A stretch of DNA of 64,000 nucleotides from contig DASYUV010000002.1 in NCBI GenBank assembly GCA_036000865.1, positions 4,431 through 68,430 of the forward strand. Reading direction: 5' to 3'. The notes below the pieces were generated by a model. It searched no databases, had not been told where the DNA came from, and saw nothing but the letters and a program-made list of their open reading frames with translations. Position numbers and translations under genes: made by a program. This DNA comes from Candidatus Binatia bacterium (GTDB taxonomy: Bacteria; Desulfobacterota; Binatia; UBA9968). This document shows positions 44,549-53,707 of this stretch, piece by piece (the stretch's first letter is position 1; each line of letters opens with the position of its first letter).

Positions 44549-45256
44549 ATGAAACTCATAGTCGTGATGGGCGAATACCCGCCCGAAGAAGACGAGCGAC
44601 GCAGACAGGCCGTATTGAAATGCGCTTCTCCAGGCACGGAGATCGGCTTCGGTGTAATCAAAGCGACGTTCTTTCGCCGCTCCAACTCCCAAGTCAATTC
44701 CCTTTCCGCGGGACCTCTCGTAGCCGAAGTCGCTCAAAAGGCGGAAGCCGACGGCTACCATGCCGTGGTGCCATTCGGAACCCTAGATGCCGGAGTTGAG
44801 CTGGCAAGGAATTTGGTCCGCATTCCCATCGTAGGCGCGGGACAGTCCGTTCTGCATCTTGGCGCGCAGCTAAGCAGCCGTTTGGGTGTGATCGCCTATG
44901 AAGACAAAAGCATTCCTTTCATGCGCGAGCAGATGCACGCGTGGCGGGTCGCCGATTCGGTCGTCGCCATTCGCGGCATCGGAATCCCGCTCCCTGAAAG
45001 CACAAAGAGCCGCGACATCATGCGTGAGCGATTTATCCAAGTGGCCCGTGACCTGATCGACAATCACGACGCCGAGGTCATCGTGCCCATGGGCGTTACC
45101 ATGGTGCCCGTGCAATATTCACCGCAAGAGTTCGCAGAGGAGCTCGGCGTACCGGTGATGGACGCGCTTAAGACCAGCATTCAGACGGCGGAGATGATGG
45201 TGCGCATGGGGCTGACTCACAGTACCAAGACGTATCCGCGGCCGACAGCGAAATGA
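44549..45256 (+). CDS. Asp/Glu/hydantoin racemase-family protein (apparently lacking the catalytic Cys pair)
   Basis: Overall family pattern (MKLIVVMG..., GYHAVVPFGTLDAG, IPIVGAGQS, AEVIVPMGVTM). Only one Cys is present in the protein, and it is not at a catalytic position. ATG 44549 is preceded by AAGAGG. Confidence 0.7.
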   Translation: MKLIVVMGEYPPEEDERRRQAVLKCASPGTEIGFGVIKATFFRRSNSQVNSLSAGPLVAEVAQKAEADGYHAVVPFGTLDAGVELARNLVRIPIVGAGQSVLHLGAQLSSRLGVIAYEDKSIPFMREQMHAWRVADSVVAIRGIGIPLPESTKSRDIMRERFIQVARDLIDNHDAEVIVPMGVTMVPVQYSPQEFAEELGVPVMDALKTSIQTAEMMVRMGLTHSTKTYPRPTAK

Positions 45257-45359
45257 TCGGGAATCGGCATCTTTGTGGCAATCCCCCCGTCGCTCCGGCC
45301 GAGATTTCTCATGTCCTTGATGGTGTCCTCCCTATGACGTCAAAATCTCCTGGAACGAA

Positions 45360-45600
45360 TCACTCTTTGCCGCTCCGATAGAACCGAATCTGCACTCTTT
45401 CCACCGTCGCCATCCCGTCTCTGATCGCGTTGTCGATGACGGGAAGGAAGGCGTCGATTTTTTCCGCCGTGTCGACGATTTCAACGTGATGGGTTGGAAA
45501 AATGAGGAAATGCAATTAAGGCATATGGCGCCGGAGATCGTATATCCGAGCCCGCGAAACCCTAGAATAGACTACCGAAAAGGTCTAGGATCATTCCCGG
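45360..45600 (-). pseudogene. Degraded remnant of a DUF190 (PII-like, CrcB-associated) gene
   Basis: The minus strand encodes ..PTHHVEIVDTAEKIDAFLPVIDNAIRDGMATVERVQIRFYRSGKE-stop, the typical DUF190 C-terminus. Upstream sequence has stops and frame changes (..GFRGLG.. in another frame). Confidence 0.4.
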
Positions 45601-45664
45601 GAGAAGCACAGCTTCTATTCTCACGCGCTAACTTGGTGGTTCATCCGATCGGATCGAGGTGGCC

Positions 45665-46396
45665 ATGAAAATCTTCCTCGGGAAAAACATCGTAAGGACG
45701 AGCTGTTTTGCGGTTATCCTATCCGGCGCCGTGTCGACAGCGATGGCGCAAACAGCCGGAAAGGTTCCCGGCGAGGTAATCGATCACGCGCTCGCTCATG
45801 GAACCGTGTTGGTGCTCGTTGGTTTGAACACGCCGTGGAAAATGGAGTCAACATTGAGCGAAGATCAAGTCAACGCTCAGCGCGACGCCATCGCATCCAT
45901 CCAGAAGAATCTGCTCACCGAATTGGAAGGAAGAACCTACAAGGTTATTCGTCGCTACGATCGCATTCCCGGTATTGCCTTAGAGGTCGGCGCGGATGCT
46001 CTGGCGGAGTTGGCGCGTTCGGTCAACGTAACGAACGTATTGCTCGACCGTCCTGCGGCAAATGAGGAGAGCGTGTCGGCGGAAAAGGTACCGGCGCAAC
46101 TGTTCAAGCGGGTGGCAAACGACGGCACCATTCTCGTGCTGGCGGGATTACGAACCCCGTGGCAGCGCGAAGATCAACTAAGTGAGGAACTGATTGCGTT
46201 GCAACGAAAGGCGATCTTGAGCGCGCAAAGCTATGTCCTGGCGGAGTTGGGTGGCACGCAGTTCAGAGTCACGCGCCTCTATCGGAGCATACCAGGCATC
46301 GCGCTCCGCGTCGGTTTGGATGCTCTGCAAGTGCTGCAAAATTCCCCCGCGGTAACGAACGTAGTACAGGATCGTCCTGCGACGAGGTCGCGCTAG
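45665..46396 (+). CDS. Secreted protein made of two tandem ~95-aa repeats (protease-propeptide/inhibitor-I9-like?)
   Basis: Signal peptide MKIFLGKNIVRTSCFAVILSGAVSTAMA. Repeat 1 is GTVLVLVGLNTPWKMESTLSEDQV...RRYDRIPGIALEVGADALAELARSVNVTNVLLDRPA. Repeat 2 is GTILVLAGLRTPWQREDQLSEELI...RLYRSIPGIALRVGLDALQVLQNSPAVTNVVQDRPA. Confidence 0.7.
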   Translation: MKIFLGKNIVRTSCFAVILSGAVSTAMAQTAGKVPGEVIDHALAHGTVLVLVGLNTPWKMESTLSEDQVNAQRDAIASIQKNLLTELEGRTYKVIRRYDRIPGIALEVGADALAELARSVNVTNVLLDRPAANEESVSAEKVPAQLFKRVANDGTILVLAGLRTPWQREDQLSEELIALQRKAILSAQSYVLAELGGTQFRVTRLYRSIPGIALRVGLDALQVLQNSPAVTNVVQDRPATRSR

Positions 46397-46748
46397 CGTT
46401 GCACGCTCTCTGCCTTCAGCGACGTAGGATCTCTGCGTGGTCGACATCGGGCGAATTAGTTGCGATCTTAAGTCTCCGACTCCCGCCTTCAAATAAAATT
46501 CCTTGACTCAACCCCCTTGAGTTGGCGCGCCTCAACTCGCAATGCCGAATGCATGAAACGAGAACGGTCTCCCTCTAATGGGTTTGCCGTATTGAGTCCA
46601 TAAACGCCGAGTCGAGCAAGTGGACAGAATGAATCGAGCTTGCTGAAAAATTGTTGCCGTCATTTGCCGCTACGCTTATACCTGAATATACTCAGGCGAC
46701 CCGACACGGTGGATTGTCGCTGACAGGAGGGACAAAGGGAAAACAGCC

Positions 46749-47759
46749 ATGATGGTGAGAACAATTTTATGGACAGGCGCTTTGGCGCTTCTCTGCACGA
46801 CAAGCGCGCAGGCGGGGGCGACGGCCGACGCGGCCGTAAAAAAGGGTTTTCTTCGCTGCGGCGTGAACACCGGCATTGTTGGGTTCGCGCAGCCGGACAG
46901 CAACGGCGAATGGCGCGGCGTCGACGTCGATTTTTGCCGCGTCGTCGCCGCCACATTATTTGGCGATGCGCGGAAGGTTCGCTATACGCCGCTGACCACG
47001 CAGCAACGCTTCACCGCTTTGCAATCGGGCGAAGTCGACATTCTTTCGCGCAATACCACATGGACGATGACGCGCGATGCCAGCCTCGGGGTGAATTTTG
47101 TCGGCATCAATTTTTACGACGGCCAGGGATTCATGGTGACGAAAAAGCGCAATGTGAAGAATGCGACACAGCTGAGCGGCGCGACGATTTGCGTGCAACC
47201 AGGTACCACCACGGAGGTCAATCTTGCTGACTATTTCCGCGCCAACAGCATGAAATTCAAGCCCGTGGTGATCGAAAAGTTAGAAGAAGTGCTCAACGCT
47301 TACTTTTCCGGACGGTGTGATGTTTACACCACCGACGTGTCTGGGTTGATCTCGGCGCGCGCCGCGCGCGCCGCCAATCCCGCCGACCACGTGATCCTCC
47401 CTGAGGTCATTTCGAAAGAGCCGTTCGGACCTGCGGTGCGACATGGCGACGATCACTGGTTCGACGTCGTGAAATGGTCGCTGTTCGCCACGATCGAGGC
47501 CGAGGAACTTGGCCTGACCTCAAAGAACATCGATCAGCAAGCAAAAAGCACGAATCCGGTGATTCAACGCTTCGTCGGCGCCAAGGGCGAATTCGGCAAG
47601 ATGCTCGGCTTGGACAATCGCTGGGCGTACAACATCGTCAAACAGGTGGGCAACTACGGCGAGAGCTTCGAACGCCACCTGACACCCTTGGGACTCGATC
47701 GCGGCCTGAACAAACTTTGGAATCGGGGCGGACTCATGTACGCTCCCCCAATACGCTGA
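46749..47759 (+). CDS. aapJ: General L-amino-acid ABC transporter substrate-binding protein (AapJ/BztA-like)
   Basis: Signal peptide, then KKGFLRCGVNTGIVGFAQPDSNGEWRGVDVDFCRVVAA... and ..GLNKLWNRGGLMYAPPIR, characteristic of AapJ. Confidence 0.85.
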   Translation: MMVRTILWTGALALLCTTSAQAGATADAAVKKGFLRCGVNTGIVGFAQPDSNGEWRGVDVDFCRVVAATLFGDARKVRYTPLTTQQRFTALQSGEVDILSRNTTWTMTRDASLGVNFVGINFYDGQGFMVTKKRNVKNATQLSGATICVQPGTTTEVNLADYFRANSMKFKPVVIEKLEEVLNAYFSGRCDVYTTDVSGLISARAARAANPADHVILPEVISKEPFGPAVRHGDDHWFDVVKWSLFATIEAEELGLTSKNIDQQAKSTNPVIQRFVGAKGEFGKMLGLDNRWAYNIVKQVGNYGESFERHLTPLGLDRGLNKLWNRGGLMYAPPIR

Positions 47760-47791
47760 ACGCGGCAGTCGCCAAGTTTTCCTGACCTTCG

Positions 47792-48832
47792 ATGCCGCCC
47801 CTCGAATCTCGTCGCGCCGGCCGGACCGCCGGCGATAACAAATTTATGGGCCCTTTCGATCCGCCGCGCGTCCGTTCCATGGTTTACCAAGCGTTAGTCG
47901 CGGCGGCCATCACACTTACCGCCTGGTACCTGATCGCCAATGCTATGGACAATCTCCTGGCTCGGCGGATCGCCAGCGGCTTCGGCTTCTTGTCCCGTGA
48001 AGCCGGTTTCGAAATCGGCGAGACGACATTGCTGTTCTACGACGCGGGCGACACCTATCTGAGAGCTATCGCAGTCGGCTTTCTCAATACATTTCGTGTC
48101 GCCTCGCTGGCTATCATTTTTTCGACTGTGCTCGGCGTATTGATCGGTTTGGCGCGCTTGTCGCCCAACTGGTTACTCGCGAAGCTTGCCTCAGCATACG
48201 TCGAAACGCTTCGCAACGTGCCACTGATCGTGCAACTATTCTTTTGGTACTCGGTCATTACGGAGAGACTCCCCGCGCCAGCAGAGGCCCTGAATCCGCT
48301 GCCAGGCATTTTCCTCAGCAACCGCGGCTTCGCATTCCCTGTTCTCGTCCCCGGAGCGCCGATCGCGCTGGAGCACCCAGTCCTAAGTGGTTTCAATTTT
48401 TCCGGCGGCGGTCTGCTGTCGCCCGAATTCGCCGCGCTCCTTCTTGGTCTCTCGCTTTACACGGGAGCTTTCATTGCGGAAATCGTCCGCGCCGGAATCC
48501 TCGCGGTGGACCGTGGACAATTCGAGGCGGCCTATTCGCTCGGCTTGAGCCGCCGTCAAGTTACGCGCTTTATCGTCCTGCCGCAGGCACTCCGCGTCGT
48601 CGTGCCGCCAATCAGCAGTCAATATTTGAACTGCACCAAAAACAGCTCTCTCGCGGTGGCGATCGGTTATCCGGATCTGGTTTCCATCGTAAACACGACA
48701 ATCAATCAGACCGGTCAGGCGATCGAAGGAATCGGCATCATCATGCTGGTGTATTTGACGATCAGCCTGACCATCTCCGGTATCATGAATTGGTACAACC
48801 GCCGGTATGCGCTGCGAGGAATGAACCCATAA
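47792..48832 (+). CDS. aapQ: Amino-acid ABC transporter permease (AapQ/BztB-like)
   Basis: Polytopic protein. EAA loop GQFEAAYSLGLSRRQVTRFIVLPQALRVVVPPISSQYLNCTKNSSLA. The exact start is uncertain. Confidence 0.85.
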   Translation: MPPLESRRAGRTAGDNKFMGPFDPPRVRSMVYQALVAAAITLTAWYLIANAMDNLLARRIASGFGFLSREAGFEIGETTLLFYDAGDTYLRAIAVGFLNTFRVASLAIIFSTVLGVLIGLARLSPNWLLAKLASAYVETLRNVPLIVQLFFWYSVITERLPAPAEALNPLPGIFLSNRGFAFPVLVPGAPIALEHPVLSGFNFSGGGLLSPEFAALLLGLSLYTGAFIAEIVRAGILAVDRGQFEAAYSLGLSRRQVTRFIVLPQALRVVVPPISSQYLNCTKNSSLAVAIGYPDLVSIVNTTINQTGQAIEGIGIIMLVYLTISLTISGIMNWYNRRYALRGMNP

Positions 48833-48834
48833 TC

Positions 48835-49917
48835 ATGCCGCACATCGACTCCTGGTCCCAATGGTGGCGCGCCCGATTATTTTCAAGTTGGCTCAATTCG
48901 CTTGCGACTCTCACGATCCTTTATCTCGGTTGGAAGATTATCCCATCGCTAATCGAGTGGGCATTCGTCCACGCCGTCTGGGCTCCTCGAAACGCCGCTC
49001 TTTGCCGGGCTGTGATAGGCGCTGGCGCCTGTTGGGCATTTATCGCGGAGAAGTACCGTTTCATTTTGTTCGGCACTTTTCCCGCCGACCAGCACTGGCG
49101 GCCGGCCTTGGCCATCGCAATACTGATGGTGCTCTATCTGCTCAGCGCCTTACGCAACATGAAACGATCGCGCCTCGCTTACTTTTGGTTAGCGGGTCTG
49201 GCAGCGATCGGCGTACTCATGTGGGGCGGAGTGTTTGGCTTGAGCTACGTTGAAAACGAACGCTGGGGTGGACTGACGTTGACGCTCTTGCTCGCCACTT
49301 TTGGCCTGGCATTCGCGTTTCCACTCTCGATATTGCTCGCGCTCGGGCGACGGTCGGCAATGCCTGTCGTTCGTTGGCTCGCCATCGCCTACATCGAGTT
49401 GATCCGCGGCGTTCCGTTAATATCCGTTCTGTTTATGGCTTCGGTTATGCTGCCGCTTTTCCTGCCCCCTGGGGTATCCATCGACAAGCTCTTGCGCGCC
49501 CAGCTCGCCATGATTCTTTTTGCCGCCGCTTATCTCGCTGAAGTGGTGCGCGGCGGACTCCAGGCCATACCGCGCCAGCAAGAAGAAGCGGCCCAAGCCC
49601 TTGGACTGAGTTATTGGCAACGGACCTCCTACGTCATCCTGCCTCAAGCGCTGCGGATCGCGATTCCGCCTTTGGTCAATACCTTCATCGGCTTTTTCAA
49701 GGACACCTCCCTCGTTGTCATCATCGGCCTTTTCGACTTTCTGACGACGATCAAAGTTTCCCTCACGGAGCCGGCCTGGACCGGATTCGGCGTTGAAGCC
49801 TATTTGTTCGCAGCACTCGGCTATTTCTTCTTTTGTTATCCGATGTCGCGTTACAGCCAGATTATCGAGCGGGAGACGGCTCCCGACAGACGGATATCCA
49901 TTCTCAGGGAGAATTGA
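48835..49917 (+). CDS. aapM: Amino-acid ABC transporter permease (AapM/BztC-like)
   Basis: ATG 48835 lies 2 nt after the aapQ stop. EAA loop QQEEAAQALGLSYWQRTSYVILPQALRIAIPPLVNTFIGFFKDTSLV. The 557-aa ORF in the track is this gene plus an out-of-frame 5' extension. Confidence 0.85.
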   Translation: MPHIDSWSQWWRARLFSSWLNSLATLTILYLGWKIIPSLIEWAFVHAVWAPRNAALCRAVIGAGACWAFIAEKYRFILFGTFPADQHWRPALAIAILMVLYLLSALRNMKRSRLAYFWLAGLAAIGVLMWGGVFGLSYVENERWGGLTLTLLLATFGLAFAFPLSILLALGRRSAMPVVRWLAIAYIELIRGVPLISVLFMASVMLPLFLPPGVSIDKLLRAQLAMILFAAAYLAEVVRGGLQAIPRQQEEAAQALGLSYWQRTSYVILPQALRIAIPPLVNTFIGFFKDTSLVVIIGLFDFLTTIKVSLTEPAWTGFGVEAYLFAALGYFFFCYPMSRYSQIIERETAPDRRISILREN

Positions 49918-50010
49918 GCTGAGGGTCGGAATGATTTCCCTATGCCTACATGACGCTAACCTGCGGAAGCGTATGTCGCCGCGAATATCCCTCCTCCCCA
50001 GTGGCTAAAT

Positions 50011-50185
50011 GAACTACCCCGCAGCAAGCTGACCGGATATCAGAAGATAGCGATGAGAACTTACCCCAAAGGCGTCACCCCCGAATGTTTTAATCGGGGG
50101 TCCAGTTCCGGTCTCGCCTGGATTCCCGATAGAAGCATTCGGGAATGACGGACTCTATGAGGTCTGGGAATAGCTCTTCACGCCC
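50011..50185 (+). repeat. Composite structured intergenic repeat, family A, copy 4
   Basis: gaactaccCCGCAGCAAGCTGaccgg...gtCACCCCCGAatgttttaaTCGGGGGTccagt..cgcctggATTCCCGAtagaagcaTTCGGGAATgacgg. Confidence 0.8.
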
Positions 50186-50256
50186 GATTCCCCTATTGCT
50201 CGCTGCTCGTCTCTGTCACAAACTCGCGCGAAATTAGTAAACGCATTCGGGTCATC

Positions 50257-51390
50257 TCATTTGGGTTTGCGCAACTCTTCGAGCAGGCTCTGAATGGGTT
50301 TGAAATCCATCCACTCAGGTCGGTTGATCCAGAGGTATTCCTTGTCCTTTCTCCTCTTTGCAAGGGGCGGCAAAATTTCCTGGGGCAAATCCTCCCTGAG
50401 TGAGCCGACCCTCAGCTCGTCTGTATTCGCTTGACGAAAGGCAATTTGTCCCTCCAAAGAGAGAAACCAGTTAAGGAAAACTTTTGCGCCATTGGGATTT
50501 GGATGACGGTTCATCAAAGCCAACGCTCCGGAACCGGACCCAAGCCCAGGTTTCTCTTCGACTTGGTAGGGGTTTAGCTCAGCTACGGGAAGGCCTTGCA
50601 TGGCGGCCCGGTCGATTCGCCGGCACATGAAACAGAGCGGAAACTTTCCCTGAGATAACCAGTCGGTACCCTGGCGCAGTTCGCGAAACATCGTCGGCTC
50701 CATGTCGCGGTAAACCCGCTCGATAAATTTTGGCCCCAGCTGAGGATGATAGTAAACGTAGGTCAGTGCGGTTGAGCCCTGGTTCGCGCCCACTTGGAGT
50801 GCCGCATACTTTCCCTTCCATTGCGGCTGGACTAAATCCCATGCCGATTTGATTTCTTTCTCATTGATGAGGTTCGTGTTGAACGAGATCGGCGGGCCAT
50901 AGAGAGCGCTCTCGTACATGAAAATAAACTGATTCTCGGGCTCGATATAGTGGTGCTTGCCCATCCACCATTTCGACAAGTCGGTCACACCCGGATGAAC
51001 TAACATCGGCGGAATTGGCTCGATGATTTTAGCGCGATAAAGGTTTTGATAGATCGCGGTCGGCGCGCCTAAGAACACGTCGGTGAGAAACTTGCCGGCT
51101 CGACGTTCGGCGAAGAGCTTTGGGAACAGGTCGCTGCCGCGCCCCATCGAAGTGCCTATGAGCTTGATTTTAGGGTAACGCTTTTGAAAGGCGGCCCAGA
51201 TCATCTGGGCATTGCCGATAGAATCGGTGGCATAAACACTAACCTGCCCTTCCTCTTCGGCTTTTTTTACAACCGCATCCCATTCTTGGGAAGTGAACGG
51301 GCGAAGCTCGGCCGAAAACACGACATCGGCCAACATAAACACCAGCATGACAGTGTAGACAAAACACGCGGACCAAAATCTGATCATCAT
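50257..51390 (-). CDS. ABC transporter periplasmic substrate-binding protein (family 1), orphan
   Basis: ATG 51390 has GAGGAAAG upstream and gives a signal anchor MMIRFWSACFVYTVMLVFMLADVVFSA. Family-1 SBP blocks are present (VSVYATDSIGNAQMIWAAFQKRYPKIKL). Confidence 0.8.
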   Translation of the reverse strand: MMIRFWSACFVYTVMLVFMLADVVFSAELRPFTSQEWDAVVKKAEEEGQVSVYATDSIGNAQMIWAAFQKRYPKIKLIGTSMGRGSDLFPKLFAERRAGKFLTDVFLGAPTAIYQNLYRAKIIEPIPPMLVHPGVTDLSKWWMGKHHYIEPENQFIFMYESALYGPPISFNTNLINEKEIKSAWDLVQPQWKGKYAALQVGANQGSTALTYVYYHPQLGPKFIERVYRDMEPTMFRELRQGTDWLSQGKFPLCFMCRRIDRAAMQGLPVAELNPYQVEEKPGLGSGSGALALMNRHPNPNGAKVFLNWFLSLEGQIAFRQANTDELRVGSLREDLPQEILPPLAKRRKDKEYLWINRPEWMDFKPIQSLLEELRKPK

Positions 51391-51648
51391 GATTCTTTCC
51401 TCAATCGCCAACCATTTCGAAGGAGGTTGCGTTGCGACTATCACTGCCGAGTCAAAAAGCACGAAAGTAATTCCACCAGGAGACTAGCCGATAGCAACAT
51501 CGGTGGTCAATAAAGTTGCGGTGGTCTGTTAGAGCGAAGCTTTGGTCACGCAGGATCGAAGTCTCTTAGCGACCATTTATGTGCTTCCGTCTGCTCGTGC
51601 CGCGAAACTCGTTGTCATGCTGTCCTCTCTTCGCTACCATGCGCATCC

Positions 51649-52217
51649 ATGCTAAGTTGGCTATTCGGAAAAAGAGATCAAGCGACGCGCGGTGAAGATT
51701 CCGTCTGGATGTCCGGCGCCGCCAGGCTGAAGGGCATTGGCCGCGAGGTTGAGCGACTCGCCAAAGACGGCCATTGCCTGGTAGTGGTCGCGTGGACGCT
51801 TGTCACATTCGACGAACTGGTTCGCGAACTCGAACGATGTAAACCATTGCTGTGCAGGGACTTGTTTGGCTTCGATGCATTGCGCGGTCAGTTGACCGTA
51901 TCCGGTTCAGTTGCGATTGCATTGGCTAACATTCTTTACACTGATGTAAAGCCGCTAACCAGCGTCCCTGTCGATATTCTCGTCCATGGTCGAAACGATT
52001 CCCGCGCAGTCGACGACGCTATCGTTCGCTTTGTGATCTAATCGGTCCAAATGCCCGCATAGCTTTTCATCTGTCGTTGGATGACGCGCTCCTCAAGGAT
52101 TATATCAGTACGCTTAAGCAACTTCTTACCCGCCTGGACGTCCCGGAAAACGAAGCGATATCGAGTCCTATGGTGACCCGAGCCATCGCCCGGGCGCAGG
52201 CAAAAAAGAGCCCATGA
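51649..52217 (+). pseudogene. Hypothetical protein, apparent -1 frameshift at ~52035
   Basis: The frame-1 ORF ends ..DDAIVRFVI-stop at 52041. The adjacent frame continues open as DLIGPNARIAFHLSLDDALLKDYISTLKQLLTRLDVPENEAISSPMVTRAIARAQAKKSP-stop (52217). I recognise no family. Confidence 0.4.
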
Positions 52218-52352
52218 CCCGTCCACAAGTCAGGATCGAAAAGGTTGTCGAGAAATCCAGCCAGGCCCATAATCGCCAAAGTTTAGTTTTATCAAGATTG
52301 AGATGTCTTACCCGGATCCCCACCATGGACTTCTACAGCTTCACCAGATTGC

Positions 52353-52381
52353 TTGACACCTGAAGCAACCCCGCGATAAAC
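52353..52381 (+). promoter_or_regulatory. Possible sigma-70-type promoter upstream of the grdE-like gene
   Basis: TTGACA (52353-52358), 16-nt spacer, GATAAA (52375-52380), about 28 nt before the ATG at 52409. This is a pattern match only. Confidence 0.3.
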
Positions 52382-52408
52382 GGAGCCTGATCCCTTAAAG
52401 GATTTTCG

Positions 52409-53695
52409 ATGGAACTGGAACTGTTCGATTACTCGATCGACGAGCTTCGATGGGGAGAGCGCACCGCCCTCACCGGCAAGTCTTTATCCGTCCATGCGCC
52501 CGATCTCCGGGAATTGCTGAAAGACTTATCCCACGGCATTCACGTCGATTACGAGATCGCGCGTCCCGGCGAGTCGAAACGCGTCGTGCACGTTTTGGAT
52601 ACGGTGCTGCCGATCGCAAAGCTATCCGGCCACGCTACAACCTTCCCGGGGTTTGACGGTCCCGCGCAACTCGTTGGTACTGGGAAAACAATTCGTATCA
52701 GAAATCTTCTTGTGACCGTTGCCGGGCGTTTCCCCAACGTTGAAGCGCTGACCCCGATCGAAAAGCCGCGGGAAGGCATCCTCGACATGGGGGGCGTCGG
52801 CGCGCCCTTTTCCTATGGCTCGGACCGTTTCCATCTCATCCTTTCGCTCACACCCGATTCATCGGTCTCCAACACCGCCTTCGACCAGTCGCTTAGAAAT
52901 ATGGCCCTCCGCTGTGCGCGCTATCTGGCGCAGGTGGAGAAGACGAACATCGAACCCGAAAAGCAGGTCATTTCATTGAAGCCGGTCAGCGAACACTTGC
53001 CCAGAGTGGTGCTGATCTATCAGGTGCAGAGCCAGCTCTGCTGCGCCCGGACCTTCTATTACGCTGAAGAAGTCTCGAAAACTTTGCCGACTTTCGTGCA
53101 CCCCGCCGAATTCTTTGACGGCGCCGTGGTTAGCGGCAACTATAAAAGCGAGCGGAAGATCCCGACCTCCCAGCACTGCGCCAACCCTTTCATCGCGGAG
53201 CTGCTTGAACGCCACGGCAAAACCATAAACTTCCTCGGCGTCATTCTATCGCGCGGCTACAACGACAGTTTCGAACAGAAAAAAAAGATGGGTCTATGGG
53301 CGGCGCGCTTGGCGCGCAATCTCGGCGCCGAGGGAGCCGTCGCAATCATGGAAGGGACCGGCAATGGTACCGTCGATTTCATGCAAACGGTGAAGGCCTG
53401 CGAAGACGAAGGTATCAAGACCGTTGCCGTGCTGCATGAATCCAACGGCCCCAAAGGTTACGAGCGACCCCTCGTTGACCATCCCAAAGAGGCCGATGGC
53501 ATGATCAGCCGGGGCAACGTATCGGAAAGAATATATATTCCACCGCTCACGACGGTGATCGGCGGGTCTGAGATCGATCTCCACTTAAAGGCAAGTCAGG
53601 ATCCACGCCTGCCATTCCTCTTTGACCCGACGATCTTTTTCGGCTCTTACGGCAAAATGGGCAGCAGCGGCTTTCGTGCCGAGTATGAGAATTAA
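52409..53695 (+). CDS. GrdE/GrdI-like component-B subunit of the glycine/sarcosine/betaine reductase family
   Basis: 428 aa. Blocks EIARPGESKRVVHVLDTV, FFDGAVVSGNYKS..., NPFIAELLERHGKTINFLGVILS and EDEGIKTV resemble GrdE-family proproteins (PF09338), as far as I recall those sequences. The gene is followed 12 nt later by the selenoprotein-B gene. Confidence 0.8.
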   Translation: MELELFDYSIDELRWGERTALTGKSLSVHAPDLRELLKDLSHGIHVDYEIARPGESKRVVHVLDTVLPIAKLSGHATTFPGFDGPAQLVGTGKTIRIRNLLVTVAGRFPNVEALTPIEKPREGILDMGGVGAPFSYGSDRFHLILSLTPDSSVSNTAFDQSLRNMALRCARYLAQVEKTNIEPEKQVISLKPVSEHLPRVVLIYQVQSQLCCARTFYYAEEVSKTLPTFVHPAEFFDGAVVSGNYKSERKIPTSQHCANPFIAELLERHGKTINFLGVILSRGYNDSFEQKKKMGLWAARLARNLGAEGAVAIMEGTGNGTVDFMQTVKACEDEGIKTVAVLHESNGPKGYERPLVDHPKEADGMISRGNVSERIYIPPLTTVIGGSEIDLHLKASQDPRLPFLFDPTIFFGSYGKMGSSGFRAEYEN

Positions 53696-53707
53696 GGAGA
53701 TACTGAG

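Noticed and set aside
45257-45350. A 31-codon minus-strand ORF with a GGGAGG upstream (starting ~45312), overlapping the 3' end of the racemase-like gene
   Set aside because: It is very short, is antisense to a supported gene and has no conservation evidence. It is probably fortuitous.
48244-48834. The 557-aa ORF 48244..49917 taken as a single large protein
   Set aside because: Its first ~197 codons are an Arg/Pro-rich out-of-frame read through the aapQ-like gene. The real gene starts at ATG 48835, 2 nt after the aapQ stop, with a typical AapM N-terminus.
52227-52408. A glycine or other riboswitch in the leader of the grdE-like gene
   Set aside because: The ~180-nt leader shows no recognisable conserved riboswitch core or extended pairing by eye. 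Only a weak promoter-like TTGACA-N16-GATAAA is noted. A covariance-model scan would be needed to exclude one.
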